A stretch of DNA of 64,000 nucleotides, from the NCBI RefSeq assembly GCF_963921235.1, contig NC_086102.1:35154001-35218000 (forward strand), in the 5' to 3' direction. Source of the DNA: Mobula hypostoma (taxonomy: Eukaryota). Shown here piece after piece: positions 39,823 to 51,276 of this stretch; within the stretch, counting starts at the first letter, position 1, and every line of letters starts with the position of its first letter. The position numbers and the translations under genes were made by a program. The notes under the pieces are model-generated. The model had not been told where the DNA came from. It searched no databases and saw nothing but the letters and a program-made list of their open reading frames with translations.

Positions 39823-42800
39823 ATTGAATAATAACCTGTGCTTTGGCTGTCTTAGGAAAGGACATAATTCAAAGGATTGTAAGAGCAAAGCTACTTGTGG
39901 CATATGTAAGAAACATCATCCAACACCACTTCATGAAGACCGTCCTTCTGCTGCAGCAGACACATCTTCTAATGTTATGCAAGGGGAAGAAAACACATCT
40001 TCCCTTTCTTGCTGCATAGCCAGAGGCGATGGTGGGAGTACATCCATGATATTGCCTGTATGGATTTCTTCAATCACCACCCCTAAAACAGAGACCTTAG
40101 TGTATGCCCTATTGGATACACAGAGTAGCAACACTTTAGTAGTCCAAGAGGTATGTGAGAAGATGGGGGCAGGATTAGAGCCAGTCAAGTTAAAGCTTGC
40201 CATTATGATGGGAAAAGATTCCATTGTTCAGAGTTGAAGAGCTAGTGGGCTTAGAGTTAGAGGGTTTTCCTCACGAAGTTTCATCAATTTGTCACCTGCC
40301 TGTACCAGAGATTTCATCCCACTCGAACGTTCCCACATTCCTACCCCTGAAATGGCCAAGAGGTGGAAACACCTGAATAGAATAGCACAGGAAATACCAG
40401 AGCTGATGGATTGCGAGGTCAGACTCCTGATAAGCTACGACTGTGCGAGAGCATTGGCACCACGGCATGTCATTACAGGAGGTGACGATGAGCCGTATGC
40501 CATCAAGACTGACCTGGGTTGGAGCATTGTCGGCAGCTCACCGTGGGTCGCAAAGTCAACAGAAGTGACAGGTCTGTGCCATCGTGTATCTGTCAAAGGA
40601 CTTGCACCATTGACACCAGCCACTGTCATTAGAGCCCTTAAATCAGACTTTGGAGATGGAAACCCTGGGGGAAAGAGCATATCACAAGTTGACCACAAGT
40701 CCCAGGTCAATGAGCCACAGTCTTCGAAAGTGCAGTCCCTGGAGAACACGCGTACAGTCGAGAAAGGAGAGGTTTACAACTTGGGGCAAGTAAAACACTC
40801 ACTGCCTGAGAAGCTTCAACAGTTAGAGTTTTGTCTCAGAGTGGAGACTCATGAAAAAGGTGAAATAATCACACAGCTTGAGCAGGAAACAAAATCTTGC
40901 CAGCAAGAGACTATAAACTTGAATGAAAAAGTCAAAATTTTAGAAGATGACAAATCTCTCCTCCAGGAAGAACTTGAAAATGTCCAGGAAATGTCAGACA
41001 AAGTCGAGAATGAGAGAGAGTACCTGGAGGCAGAATTACTAAAAAATGTTGACAAGGTTGATCAATTAACTGAAGCACTAAAGACACTTCATATGCAGAA
41101 TAATTCACTTGTCAATGAATTAGATTGCTTCAGAGAAGAGAAATGTCATTTGATCAAAGAAAGAGAACAAAAGTGGTAAAAGAGGACAATTTTATAGAGA
41201 GACTTAAACGGTTCTCAAAATGGCATACAGCATTGAATGTGGTTAGCCAGATCCAGCAGCTAGCAAAGAGAACCAAAACAGCAAAACCCATACATGGTGA
41301 AGACAGAAGAAAGGCCAGTCTTGAGTTGTAAAATTGGCACAAAGGGACGCCTTCAAAGAGGAAATGCGAATACTGAGTCATAACAAACTGCCACACGGCC
41401 ATCCATTGTTCCAACTTGACCCAGTATTGCAAGATGGTGTTCTCAGGGTGGGAGGGCGATTAAAGAAAGCTCCTTTACCTCTCGACTTGAAGCATCCAGT
41501 AATCCTACCAAGAGATGGTGTGGTCACACATCTGATCCTAGATTACTGCCATGGAAAAACTCAGCACCAAGGCAGAGGACAAACACTTTATGAACTGAGA
41601 AGAAATGGTTACTGGGTTGTTGGTGGCAGCAAAGTTATGGCGAACTACATGAAACAATGTATTACATGCAGGAAAGCTCGCAGGCCAACAGAAACGCAAA
41701 AGATGGCGGATCTTCCTGCCAACCGTGTCGATCCCTCGCCACCATTCTCATACTGTGGGATGGATTGTTTTGGACCATTTCACACTAAGCAAAATTGTAA
41801 AGAGTACAAGAGATACGGTCTCATATTCACCTGTCTGTCCTCGAGGACAATTCACATGGAAGGCATCAGAGTTAACTACTGATGCCTTCATAAATGCTTT
41901 ACGGTGTTTTATAGCTATCTGTGGAGCTGAAAGACAAATCAGGTTGGATCAAGGGACAAACTTTGGTGCGAGAAATGAACTGACAAAAGCCTTAAAGGAA
42001 ATGGACAAAGACAGACTGACGGCTTACCTGGCCGAAAAACTATGTGACTTCACCATGAATGTACTTGATGCCAGTCACATGGGAGGTGTTTGGGAACAGC
42101 AGATTAGGACAGTTAGCGTCCTGAGCTGGGTCCTCTTACAGAGCGCTGGAAGATTAGATGATGCTTCTTTGAGAACTGTTTTCTATGAGGCCATGTCAAT
42201 TATAAACAGCCACCCACTCACCAGCCTAGAGCCACTTATCCCAAATCATTTACTTACCATGAAAACCTCTGTTCCGCTGCCTCCACCAGGAAAATTTATG
42301 GCAGAAGATCTGTATGCCAGGAAAAGGTGGCGCAGAGTGCAATATCTGACAGAGCAATTCTGGAGTAGATGGAAGAAAGAATATCTAGCAAACATCACCT
42401 TCAGACAGCGCTGGCACTCTTTAAGATGAAATGTGAAGATTGGAGATATTGTCATTGTAAAAGAGGAAGGGATTCCTCATAGTGAATGGAGACTTGGAAG
42501 AGTGCTTGATGTTTGTGAAGATGAAGATGGACTGGTGCGAAGAGCCACAATACAATTAGGAAATAAAAGGCTAGGATAAGAGAGTCAACGACTCATTAAT
42601 CCATCCATTTTTGAACGTCCTATTCATAAATTAGTTGTCCTTGTAGAGAACAACTAAAATGTGCTCCAATGGAACTAATTTCTAAACACACCTGTGTGGA
42701 GAGTTTAAAGTATCCGTCTTGACCTTAGAGTTTGTTACAAATACCAATTATTTGGTTCTGGAAATTACTAGATTTATTCAAAAATTTGTATAAAGATTAT

Positions 42801-42826
42801 CATAAATCATAGTAATTTGGTGGGAG

Positions 42827-43409
42827 TGTAACTGCCTCAGGGTCATGTTTCATTGAAATGTTTATTTTATCTGTTTTTGTCATAAATTCATGAATAAGTT
42901 ATCAGCTTAAAGTATTTTATGTAAGGTTTATTTAATGCAGAGTTTAACAGGTGACATGACCAGAGTTAACAGGTCACATGACCAGAGTTTGATAAAAGCA
43001 TGACTGTGGTATTATGGGTCAGAACCAACATGGGAGCAGAGAAAGTCATATGGCCCTAAAATAACCTCATTCTGCATGTGGTCCAAGAGGCGCACACGGT
43101 AATCGTTTTTCATAATTTGTTTTATTTAATGTTGTTGAGGTGTCTTTATATGAACAGTGTGATACGTTTTAGTGATTTATTTGATTTCAGCACACTTCTG
43201 ATGTGCTAACGTGTTTGGGCCTGTTTATCGGTGGACACTAGCTTGAGAGACTTTAAAAGACTGAGGGACGTATGTTTCAAACTTTATGTCCCTTTGTTTT
43301 CGTGTAGTTTTCACGGTGTCTACTGAAGAGAGAGAGAGAAATAAAAATAAATCTTCAAGGACATCTGTATGTTGCGTGGGCATTATTTCATTGCACCTGT
43401 GCAGTTACA
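42827..43409 (+). repeat. BEL 3' LTR (583 bp)
   Basis: Preceded by purine tract ggtgggag; tgtaac...gttaca. Confidence 0.95.
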
Positions 43410-43831
43410 GGCAGTCTACATGCACAGTCGCACACCCAGCCTCCCAGGGGCAGTCTACATGCACAGTCGCACACCCAGCCTCCCAGGGGCAGTCTATAAG
43501 CACAGTCGCACACCCAGCCTCCCAGGGGCAGTCTACAAGCACAGTCATACACCCAGCCTCCCAGGGGCAGTCTACAAGCACAGTCGCACACCTAGTCTCT
43601 CAGGGGCAGTCTACATGTACAGTCGCACACCCAGCCTCCCAGGGGCAGTCTACATGTACAGTCGCACACCCAGTCTCTCAGGGGCAGTCTACATGTACAG
43701 TCGCACACCCAGCCTCCCAGGGGTAGTCTACATGTACAGTCGCTCACCCAGCCTCCCAGGGACAGTCTACATGTACAGTTGCACACCCAGCCTCCCAGGT
43801 GCAGTCTACATGTACGGTCACACACCCAGCC
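43410..43831. repeat. 39-bp minisatellite, right part (about 11 units)
   Basis: Same unit as 34605-35144, resuming in register after the TSD. Confidence 0.95.
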
Positions 43832-46750
43832 TGACTATTGTGTTGTGGTGAAATACCTTCTCAATCATTAAAATTAAAAAGAGGTTGTGGGTGACTGGCT
43901 CCTTGGAGCTGATATACTGTACGTCTCTCTGCTCCGGCTAATCAGTGTGTATACCTCACCAGCGTTGAGCAAACGTTAAGCTATTCCCCAGCAGCTTCCA
44001 CTGCTACTGATCTCTTCCAGTCATTCTACTTGGAGATTTCTGGTGTATCACTGATGCAGCTGGACAATCCCGCAGTGCTGACAGCAGCTCCAAACTCCTG
44101 GTGTAAATGGCTTAAAAATACAAAGATGCCTGATACCTTCAGCAGACGAAGCACAGCTGCAACAGAGATGGACTGGGACAGAACCTCAGTACATTCCTGA
44201 GTAAACTTCTTCTTCATATAGAAGGCAGTTGTGGTCAGACCCAGCTGCATCACATCGGTGTTCTTCTCTGACCACTGTCCCCTGCGAGCCTTATGTCACT
44301 GATAAGAGGACCAGAAAGTAGGCGGGGGATGTAGTAGTTAACTGTCAATTTGCTAGACCCTGAGAACAGCAAGAACCGTAAAGTCTGCTTTCACAATGGC
44401 TGTCTGGTAGAAGGCACTAAAGTGAACATCAAGAGGTTCTTCATCGTCTGTGGTGTTTAGAAAGCAAGGCCTGGGGTAAGGGGAATTGTGTCGTCTCCAG
44501 GCAGACTTGGTTCAACTTCTCCGTCTGCAGTTGGAGTGGGTGGGGGGTGGTGTAGTGGATGTAAGAGAAGAACTCCAAGAGGTGAAGAGCCAGCATGCTG
44601 TTCTTTGCCTCGGAATCCCACAGAATTATTACTGGATCCAGGCTCTGCTTTGTGGAGCAGGATGAGACCCTCTCACATATCTTCTTCCAAGGGGGTTTAA
44701 CATGACAGGAGGACATGTGGTCCACAGCCTTAAGGAAGAGGACAGCTCAGAAACATCCTCACGAACAGACATACTCAGGAGCTACTGTTCTGTATGACAG
44801 ATAGTCTACAGAAAACAAATCCTCTCAGTACTTCCTGCCCTCTATCACGGAACTGTTAGGTGACAGCAAATGGGAGAGCTCGGATCCGCCACTGACTGGC
44901 TCCATTGCTTCCCTTAGCACAAACAAAACTCCTGGAAAAAATGTCTTCATGAGAGTTGTATTCAGCTGTGTGGGGCTGGATGGACTTCGACCTGCTGGAA
45001 GTGTATAATGCTATGCTTCTGGCTAGCAGCAAGTCAGACTCCATGAGGAAGGGCATCATTTCCCTCACTGACGAGCTGAAAGGGGAGAGGAAGAACATCA
45101 GGAAGTGAAGACCATTTCACTGTTGAATATAGACTCTAAGATCCTGTCCAAAACCTTCACCAATGGAATCAAGTTTGCTCTGGGGCAGGTGATCCACCCA
45201 GAACGGACCTGTGCTGAACCTGGCAGGAAAATCTCTGGTCAGGGCAAAGCTGTCAAAGATTTTGCCTTTGGGTGATACAAGGGTGTGGAAACCAGTCTGT
45301 TCAGCTTGGACCGAAAGAAGTCCTTCAGCAGGATATCAAACATATACATGGTGGATGTGGTCTCCAAAATGAGTTTTGGGAAGGGATTAGAAATTAGATC
45401 CAACTGCTCAACACAGATATCTATAGTCCAGTCCAAATTAATTAGTGGGAGGTAAATAGTTTCCTCATCAAGTATAGAGTCAGGTAGGGTTGCCCAATCT
45501 CCACTGTCTTTACTGTATGCTGTAAAGAACCCTTTGTTGAAATCATCAGGAAGGGCAAGGCAGTGACGTAACACATCAAAATCTTCTAGTAGATGGATGA
45601 TTTCATCGTTTTCTGCTCAGACCCATGGTCAGGTCACAAACTGATCAGCATCTGTGACCAGTTGAGTTGACAGTGAGGGCTAGAGTCAACCTCCAAAAGA
45701 GCAAGGCCAAACGCTCCCGACTGACCCAATGCCCTCTTTACCATCAGGTCCAACCACTTCAAGGTGCTGTATATCTGATTCTGTGTGGGTGAGGCTCGGG
45801 CTAAGTAACAGGAACTGGTTGGAGTGGATTGGGATTGTAAATAAAAAGAACTGAGTCTGTGGAAATGACACTCTATCAATTACTGGGAAGAACTTGTTTT
45901 TTAACCATATTATTTCCGGTTTTGCACTATTTTTAATTGAACTATTTAGTATACATATATACTGCAATTTATTTATTTATTTTCTTTCTATATTATGTGT
46001 TGCAATGTACTCCTGCTGCTGTTAACAAATTTCATGCCACATGCCGGTGATAATAAAGCTGATTCTGATTCTGAACAGATGTGATATGCTGTCAGAGCTG
46101 TTGTACCTGGCACAGGTCTGGCCTGTTCCTCATTCCTCTGCCTCGATAATTATCCAGTTTATCTGAGTGTCCAGGAAGGAATGGGTCCGATGGATCACTC
46201 TGCACAAGTTCCCAGAGAACTGGGCCAAAGTATACTAATATTGCTCTCATCTTGATGACCACCTACATTTGCAATTGTGTGAACCCTAAATATATGGGCA
46301 CCAGATGTTAGTACGTATTGAAGTCCTACTTTCCCTAGTGTTGTAGAAGATCGGCCTGGCTGCATTACTACACAATACCTCAGTCATCTGGACATTCTTC
46401 ACCTGCCTTTCATGGAGGAGGACTTCCAGTAAACTCCTTTAACCACAGGTCCACCAGGCAGTGTTCAAAGTGGAATGTCCTGCAGACGCTGCAGAACAGA
46501 GACTCTATGGATACAGGGGGGTGGTTCCCAGAGCAGACTGGCAGAACGCCTCATCATCAGAACACAATCCGGCACCAAGACCTTGCTTTTCCAGCAGTGA
46601 GAGGGGCCCTCACAGTCAGTGTTGTGTCTGTTCAACTGCACATCAAATAAGAAAAGAAGGAGCAGTTGGAGGAATAGTTAACTGATGCATTTACTTTGCA
46701 GAGAGAACAACAGACCAATGTGCATGTGTAAGTTATCAGTCAATATTCAG
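43832..46750 (+). mobile_element. Degenerate Tx1/L1-clade LINE ORF2
   Basis: LRLISVY, LGDF.C, FVEQDET, RPISLLNIDSKILSK-like and QVIHPERTCAEPGRKIS in broken frames. Confidence 0.75.
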
Positions 46751-46859
46751 TGCTAAGGAGAGACACAGCTGCAGAATAGAGGGGCATCATTTTAGAACGG
46801 GGACGAGGAGGAATTTCTTTAGCCAGAGAGTGGTGAACCTATAAAATTCTTTGCCACAG

Positions 46860-47200
46860 GATCTCAGCTGGACTGTACCTACTGGCCTTGTGGTATGGGA
46901 ACTGCAGTGCCCTCAACTGCAGAGAGTGGTGCGGACAGCCCAGCACATCTGTGGATGTGAACCTTCCTCTCTTCAGGACACTTACAGCAGCATGTGTATA
47001 AATGGGTGCAGAGAATCATTAGGGTCTCCAGCCACCCCAACCACAAAGTGTTTTAGCTGCTTCTGTCTGGCAAACGGTACCACAACATTAAAGCCAGGAC
47101 CTACAGCTTCTTTCACCAGGCCATCAGATCTATCAATACACATTGATCTGATTGCATATCTGACTGTCCATACATTTATACATAATAATTATGTATACAA
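46860..47200 (+). mobile_element. Rex1/Babar-like LINE 3' fragment
   Basis: LQRVVRTAQHICG.E.SSLQDTYS; SFFHQAIR-like end. Confidence 0.7.
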
Positions 47201-47229
47201 TCTTAGTGTTTGGCAATATCCTCCCACAT

Positions 47230-47857
47230 TAGATTAGATTAGATTATGAGGACACGCAGTCCTCTTTTATTGTCATTTAGTAATGCATGCATTAAGAAAT
47301 GATACAATATTCCTCCGGTGTGATATCAGAGAAACACAGGACAGTCCAAGACTGAAAAACAAAAACGGCATAATTATAACATATAGTTACAACAGTGCAA
47401 CAATACCATAACTTGATGAAGAACAGGCCATGAGTACAGTAAAAAAGTTCAAAGTCTCTCGAAAGTCCCACATCTCACGCAGACGGGAGAAGGAAGAAAA
47501 CTCTCCCTGCCATACCCGACCACAGTCCGACTCTGAGTCATCCGAAAACTTCGAGCTCCGATCAGCATCACTCCGACACCAAGTACTGAGCACCATCTCT
47601 GCTGAGCGTTTCGACCCCAGCCTCGGTCACCAGCAACAGGCAAAGCCGGGGATTTTGAGGCCTTCCCTCTGGAGATTCTCGATCGCACAGTAGCAGCAGC
47701 AGCGGCGAACCGGGCATTTCAGAAATTTCTCCAGATGTTCCTCTATGCCTTCTCACGTCTGTCTCCATCAAATCAGAATTGTGCACGGCATCCTACTTAC
47801 AAATACGATATCATTTCATCGGAGACCTGCGCGTGCTGCGTCGTGCCGCCATCTTCC
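47230..47857 (-). mobile_element. Apparently full-length (about 630 bp) non-autonomous retroposon
   Basis: Minus strand starts ggaagatggcggcacg and ends (TCTAA)n; no coding capacity; other copies in the window. Confidence 0.8.
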
Positions 47858-47869
47858 TGTCCAATCTCG

Positions 47870-50800
47870 AAGCTCCTTGCTGATTCACTTGGCAACTGGC
47901 TGAACTATGGATTCTGCACTTCCCTCCTTAGGTCTGGTTTCAGGAGGTCTACGCAGATCTCAGGTTCCTGCTCATGAACTGCATTGCAGGTGTTTGATTT
48001 GTCATCGCCTTAACAGAGTTCCGATACACAAAAAAGTTGTCCACCTTTGTACTGTAAAGAAATGTCCTCCTTGTCCATAGTTTTAATGGACGTCTTGAAG
48101 GTGTGGATAATCCTTTCAGCCAACCCATTCATTGTTGGGTGGTGAGGAGTTGACTTGAAATGTCTGATGCCATTTTTTTTCCATGAATAGTCTGAACTCT
48201 TCTGACATGTATTGTAGTCCATTGTCACTCACAGTTTGTTCTGGCTAGCCACTTTTGGAGAAGATAGTACTCAGAGCAGAAACAGTCTTTTCTGAAGTGG
48301 TTGGTTTCATTGGTATGACCTCAGGCCACTTTGAATGAGAATCCACAGCAATCAGAAACATGGAGTCCATAAATGGCCCAGCAAAGTCAATATGTACTCT
48401 TTGCCATGGTGAAGATGGTCACTCCCACAGGTGTAATGGTGCCTGTAGGGGTGCATTTTGAACTTTGGGTGGCATCCTGAACAGCTTTTGGTCAAGTCTT
48501 CAATCTGTCGATCTATTCCCGGCCACCACATGTAAATCTGCGTGAGACTCTTCATCTTGACCGTGCACCCAGGTATCCTTCATGCAGATTTTCTAACACA
48601 CTGGTGTGCAGTTTAGACAGAACCATAACATACGATCAATACATCTGGGTTCTTTGACACACAGACAATTGGTCTTGTCTCACTGAGGACTCTGGAAACA
48701 GGATTACCATGAGCTGGCCATCCTTGCATGGTGATGTCATAGACTTTTGACAAGTCGGGTCATTCCTTACTTCTTTTTGTATTTCAGAATATGTTACTAG
48801 CAGCTGGTCCACCCATGCAGTGTAGAACACTTCTGGGTCACAGAATGAAGACTTATCTTCAATTGCCAACAGTGGAAGACATGACAAGCCATCAGCAATG
48901 CTGTGTTGTTTCGTGCCCTTGAACTCTATGTCATAAGAGTGGGCTCCTAGGAGTTGTGCCTAATGTTGCAACCAGGTAGCAGACTTCACTAGGATTCTCT
49001 TCCTGTGAGTGAAAATCGACACAAGAAGCTGGTGGCCTGTCTTTAGAGTAAATGTTTGTCCATAGAGGTCAATCTGTGCATAATTGTGTTCTGCCCTTGT
49101 CAGTGATCTTGAAACAAATACAATCAGACGTTCAAATCCATCTTTCATAAGGTGTGACAAAATGGCACCAATGCCTTAGGGGGACATACTTCAAGCCGAT
49201 CTGATGAGCCTAGATGAGTCGTAATGAGTGAAGAGTTCATTTGATGTTATAAGTCTCTGCTTCTTTGAATGCTATTTCACACCTTTCTGACCATTCCCAC
49301 TTTGCTCCTGCCTGCAACAGTGTGTTCAATGGGTGCAGCACTGTAGCAATGTTTGGGAGAAGCTGGTGGTAGTAGTTTACAAGGCCCAAGTATGACCTGA
49401 ATTGCGACATATTTTCTGGTTTGGGTGCCTGTAGCACTGCTTCAGTCTTCTCTTGTGATTTATGTAAGTCATGCTTGTCAGTGACGTATCCACAATATGG
49501 GATTTCATTCTTAAAACACTCACATTTCTCTCTCTTTGCCTGCAGACCATACTCACTCAGCCTGGTAAGCACTTTATCAAGGTTCTGGAGGTGATTTTCA
49601 TCATTTTTGCCAGTCACAATGATGTCAACAAGGTAACCTTCTGTTCCTGGGATATCTTGGAGCACTTGGTCATTGGCCTTTGCCAATCTGCTGAAGCTGA
49701 TGCGACACCAAAACGAGACAATTATACTGGAACAGTCCCTTGTGAGTGTCAATTGTGAGGAACTTCCTGCTTGACTCCTCACTCTCCATTTGCAGATAGA
49801 CTTGTGACAAGTCAATCTTTGTAAACCTCTCCCTGCCTGCCAAAGATGCAAAAGTGTCTTCCATTTGTGACAAGGGATACTGCACAGTACGCAGCACAGG
49901 GTTGATGATCACTTTGAAGTCCCCACATATGCTAACAGCTTCGCCTTTCCCTTTCTTGATCACTGGGACAATGGGCTTGCCTCAATTAATCCACTCAACC
50001 TTGGAGAGAATGCCAAATGCCTCCAAGCTCTGAAGTTCAGAATCCACTTTAGGATGTAGTGAGTAAGGCACTGGATGCACTTTATGGAAATTTGATGTTG
50101 CTGCTTCATCCCGTTCAATTCTGGCTTCCATGCCTTTGAGTTTACCAATATCTTCCTCAAACACCTTCTCATTAGCATTCCGCAGCTGTGACAGTCTCTG
50201 GTTTGTGCTACTGTTTGGGCTGCAGTTGCCTGTTGATGACACATTGAGAGCATTGATTGTATGCCAGTCTATTTGGATTTTTCTCAACCATTCATGTCCA
50301 AAAAGTGCTGGCCCTCCACCTTTCAACACATAAAACTCTAATTGCTGTGTTTTGTCTCTTTGCTTTCAGTTTGCCTTTAGGAGATAATTATTCATCTGTG
50401 TAAGTCCTTAGCATCACTGAGTTCTCTCTCATGGTAGCTTAGAAAACAGTCTGTTGAAGTCAGCCTCTGAAATTCTAGACAAATCTGACCCTGTATCCAG
50501 GTTTATTTTCAGTTTTACACCAGACACATTTGTTTGGTTTTGTGTTTGAAACTTTTCCCTGTGTAGTTTTTCTCTTTGTTTATGCTTTTTGTCTGACTTG
50601 CATTCTCTCTTTCAGACCTTGTCTGTGACACTTTCTGCAAACTTTTTCTTTGAACTAACAGTCCTTTGCATCATGGGAGGATTTGCTACATCAATAAAAC
50701 TTTTGGCTTTTGGCACCATTCAGGGACATTTTGCACATCTCACAGTCTAAACTCTCTTTCTGTAATTTGCTGCATCTTCTGCTACAGTCTCTAACGATAT

Positions 50801-51276
50801 TGCAATGGACAATGCTGTTCGAAGGTTAGGTCCCTTTCTGACAGTATCCTCTTTTGACTGCATGCCACATATAAGCTTGTTCCTTAATGCATCAGAAAGA
50901 CCATCTCTCAAGATACAGTATTGGGAAAGTTTACGGAGTTTTCCAATGTATTCAGAAAAGCTTTCATCCTTTGACTGGTTCCTTTTATGAAATCTAAATC
51001 TCACAGCTATTACTAGTGGTTTGGGTTTCAAGTGATTTTGCAAAATTGCAACAATTTTATTGAACGTCTTGCTTGCTGGCTTTTCAGAAGTTACTACGTT
51101 GCATAAGAGACTGTAAATTGTAGCATCCATTAAGCTAAGAAGTGTGGAGATTTTCTTCATCTCATCTGCATCGTTAGTATCACAATACAGTTCAACCCTC
51201 TCGATATATGACCCTAGACCCCTTTAGCACTATCAAATTCAACTTTCCCAACTAAGGCCAGCAGCCTTATTTTTAC
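47870..51276 (-). mobile_element. Degenerate Gypsy/Ty3 (Mag-like) LTR retrotransposon gag-pol
   Basis: gag PLVIAVRFRFHKRNQ..ESFSEYI; RT ICGDFKV.INP, FTKIDLS, YLVDIIVTG; RNase H SRSLTRAEHNYAQID; integrase WWPGID and PHHPTMNGLAER; RT-RH-IN order. Confidence 0.9.

Larger units (their letters stand above)
35145..43409 (+). mobile_element. BEL/Pao LTR retrotransposon, non-autonomous (gag, protease, integrase; no RT/RNase H)
   Basis: Two LTRs with TG..CA ends; 5-bp TSD ggcag (35140-44 / 43410-14); gag FSGDPLRFSEW and CFGCLRKGH..CGICKKHHPTPLH; protease ALLDTQS; integrase GMDCFGP / DQGTNF / GGVWE; RWRRVQYLTEQFW. Confidence 0.95.
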
